From Mobula birostris (lineage: Eukaryota): a DNA stretch of 64,000 bases. The translations under genes were made by a program, and so were the position numbers. The stretch covers positions 97,177,604 to 97,241,603 of the forward strand of contig NC_092383.1 of assembly GCF_030028105.1 (NCBI RefSeq), in the 5' to 3' direction. Shown here piece by piece: positions 61,845 to 64,000 of the stretch (its first letter is position 1; every line of letters starts with the position of its first letter). The notes below the pieces were generated by a model. The model worked only from the letters and a program-made list of their open reading frames with translations. It did not search any database and had not been told where the DNA came from.

Positions 61845-63349
61845 TAGTATTTTGCTTCAGTGTTTACTGCGAAAGACAACAGCAGTATGCCGAAGGTTTG
61901 AGAGTGATAGGGGAAGGAAGTGTGAGAAGTTGCCATTATAATGAAGGAGGTGCTTGCGAAACTGAAAGATCTGACGGCACACAACTCACCTGGACCAGTT
62001 GGATTACACACAAAGATTCTGAAAAAGGTGGCTGAAGAGACTGTGGATTCATCAGTAATGATCTTTGAAAAATCAATGGAAAATGGCATGGGTCCAGAGG
62101 TCTGGAAAATTTCAGATGTCACTCCACTCTTCAAGAAGGGAGAGGGGCAGAAGGAAGGGAATTATAGGCCAATTAGTCTTAACTCAGTGCTTGGGAAGAT
62201 GTTGGAATCGCTTGTTAAGGATGTGGTTTCAGGTACTTGGAGGCACATGATGAAATAAGCCAAAGTCAGCCTCGTTTCCTTAAGGGATAATCTTGCCTGA
62301 CAATTCTGTGGAAATTCTTTAAAGAAATAATCAGTAAGTAGGACAGACAAAGGAGAATTAGTAGAGGTTGTGTAGTTGGGTTCTCAGAAAGCTTTTGACA
62401 AGTTGACACATATAAGGCTTCTTAACAAGAGCCCATGGGATTACAGGAAAGATATTAGCATGGATTGAGCATTAGCTGATTGGCAGGAGGATAAAGGGAG
62501 CCTTTTCTGGTAAGCATTTGATGTCCCTTTTCCTGAATTTACTGGAATTCAGAAGGACAAGGGGGATCTCATTGAAACCTATTGAATGCTGAAAGGTGTC
62601 AACAGAGAGTATTTGGAGATGATATTTCCAATGGTAGGGGAATCTAAGACCAGAGGACACAGCCTCAGAATAGAGGGATGAACATTTAGAAAGGAGGAAC
62701 TTCTTTAGCCAGAGAATGGTGAATCCGCAGAATTCATTGCCAGAGGCAGCTGTGGAGGCCAAGTCATTGGGTATGTATAAGAGAGGTTGTTAGATTCTTG
62801 ATTAGCCAGGTCATGAAAGGTTACATGGAGAATGCAAGAGATTGAGGTTGAGGGGGAAATGGGTCAGCAGTGATGAAGCTTGGAGCAGACTCGACAATCC
62901 ATCTAATCCCATTTCTTGCCTGCTGTATCTCAGAAAATAAAGTCCTTGTGCAAAGGTTCTTAAATGTTTAGAGAGTTTCAGTCTGCACCACCCCCTCAGG
63001 CAGTGTGTTCCAGCACTCAACCCTCCTCCTGCTGACAAGCTTTTTCCTTTAAGACACCTTTTACGTGCCACAGTCCTGAGGAGAACAGGATTGCATGGAA
63101 GGAAAGACAGTTTAACAGAAGTGTGTGTGGGCAGTCGGCACATTACAGCACCCCACAGACCCAAGGAGACATTGGATTGCACAGAGTGAGACAGACATTA
63201 AAAGAAGCAAGCAGGGACAGTGGGCACGTTTCGTGCACCACAGTTCCCAAGGAGACACTGGATTGTGCATAATTAGGCTCTTGGTAAGGTCCAATAAAAT
63301 TTGTTAGGTTTAAGTGGAGCATCAATTATATGAGTGGGCCAGTGTTGGA

Positions 63350-64000
63350 GAAGGGAGCTGAGGCTTTGATTCATTAAGGTTTCAGTGATGAGAAGTGCAG
63401 GCACATTTAGAACAGTGGGGATGCCAGTCGGGACAGTGGATTACTTTTCTTGCAGGGTGGGGGAAGGCAGGCAGACTTCCAGTCTCCTTGGCAACCAGAG
63501 CTGCAGAAAGTGCATCCAGCTTCTGCTTTGAACAGACCGTATTGAGGAGTTGGAGCTGGATCTGAATGAACTTTGGGTCATTCAGGATGCTGATGGGTAG
63601 AGAGACAGGACATACAGGGAGGTAGTTACACCCGAGGTGTATGATACATCGGACTGGATGACCATCAGGACGGGGACTAAAGGACAGGAAGCCCGTGCAG
63701 AGTTCCCCTGAGGCTAGTCCCCTCAGCAACAGGTGTTTCACACTGGATACTTTGGAGAAGGGGGTTTACCTGGCAGAGGAAAGCCACAGTGGTCAGGTCT
63801 CTGGCCCTGAGTAGGGCTTATGGCTCAGAAGGAAGAGTGTAGAAGAGGCAAGCTACAGTGTTAGGAGATTCATTGCTTAGGGGCACAGAAAGGAGGGTCT
63901 GTTGATGAGAACGAGATTCCCCGATGGTTTGTTGCCTCCTGGGTGCCAGGGTCAGGGAAATCTCTGATCATGTCCATAGTGTTCTTAAGTGGGAGGGTGA
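63350..64000 (+). mobile_element. CR1 5' region (degenerate ORF1)
   Basis: CRKCIQLLL...DRIEELELDLNEL...DA zinc-finger/coiled-coil remnant and GDSLLRGT esterase remnant. Confidence 0.75.

Larger units (their letters stand above)
58930..62900 (+). mobile_element. Degenerate CR1 with two Penelope-like insertions
   Basis: EN remnants (EVIYRPTNS, MGNFNVD), SPGPVGLHTKILK, GNYRPISLNSVLGK, and 3' UTR. Confidence 0.85.

Overview
Repeat-dense vertebrate genomic DNA. The repeat content (CR1, Rex1/Babar, fish-type L1/Tx1, Penelope-like elements, tRNA-SINE, Chapaev) suggests a cartilaginous fish, probably a ray; this is inference. Most of the window is transposable elements and two large minisatellites. 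The recognisable host genes form a small cluster of CD2/SLAM-like Ig-superfamily receptors. Gene 1 (+) has a Cys-less V exon (11028-11348) and a TM exon with an immediate stop (12910-13019), with no C2 exon found between them. Gene B (-) has V (58048-58371), C2 (49650-49937), TM (48938-49036) and a short cytoplasmic exon (48300-48349). Cassette A (-) is a duplicate of B's C2-TM-tail (35064-37231) with no V exon of its own. A plus-strand remnant of a third V exon (58695-58905) forms an inverted repeat around B's V exon. No leader exon was found for either V exon. A CpG island at about 31.6-32.0 kb holds a likely first coding exon (-) resembling a mitochondrial presequence, from a gene I could not identify. 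Several Penelope-like insertions carry minimal hammerhead ribozyme motifs and 13-15 bp target-site duplications. All alignments, counts and splice calls were made by eye.
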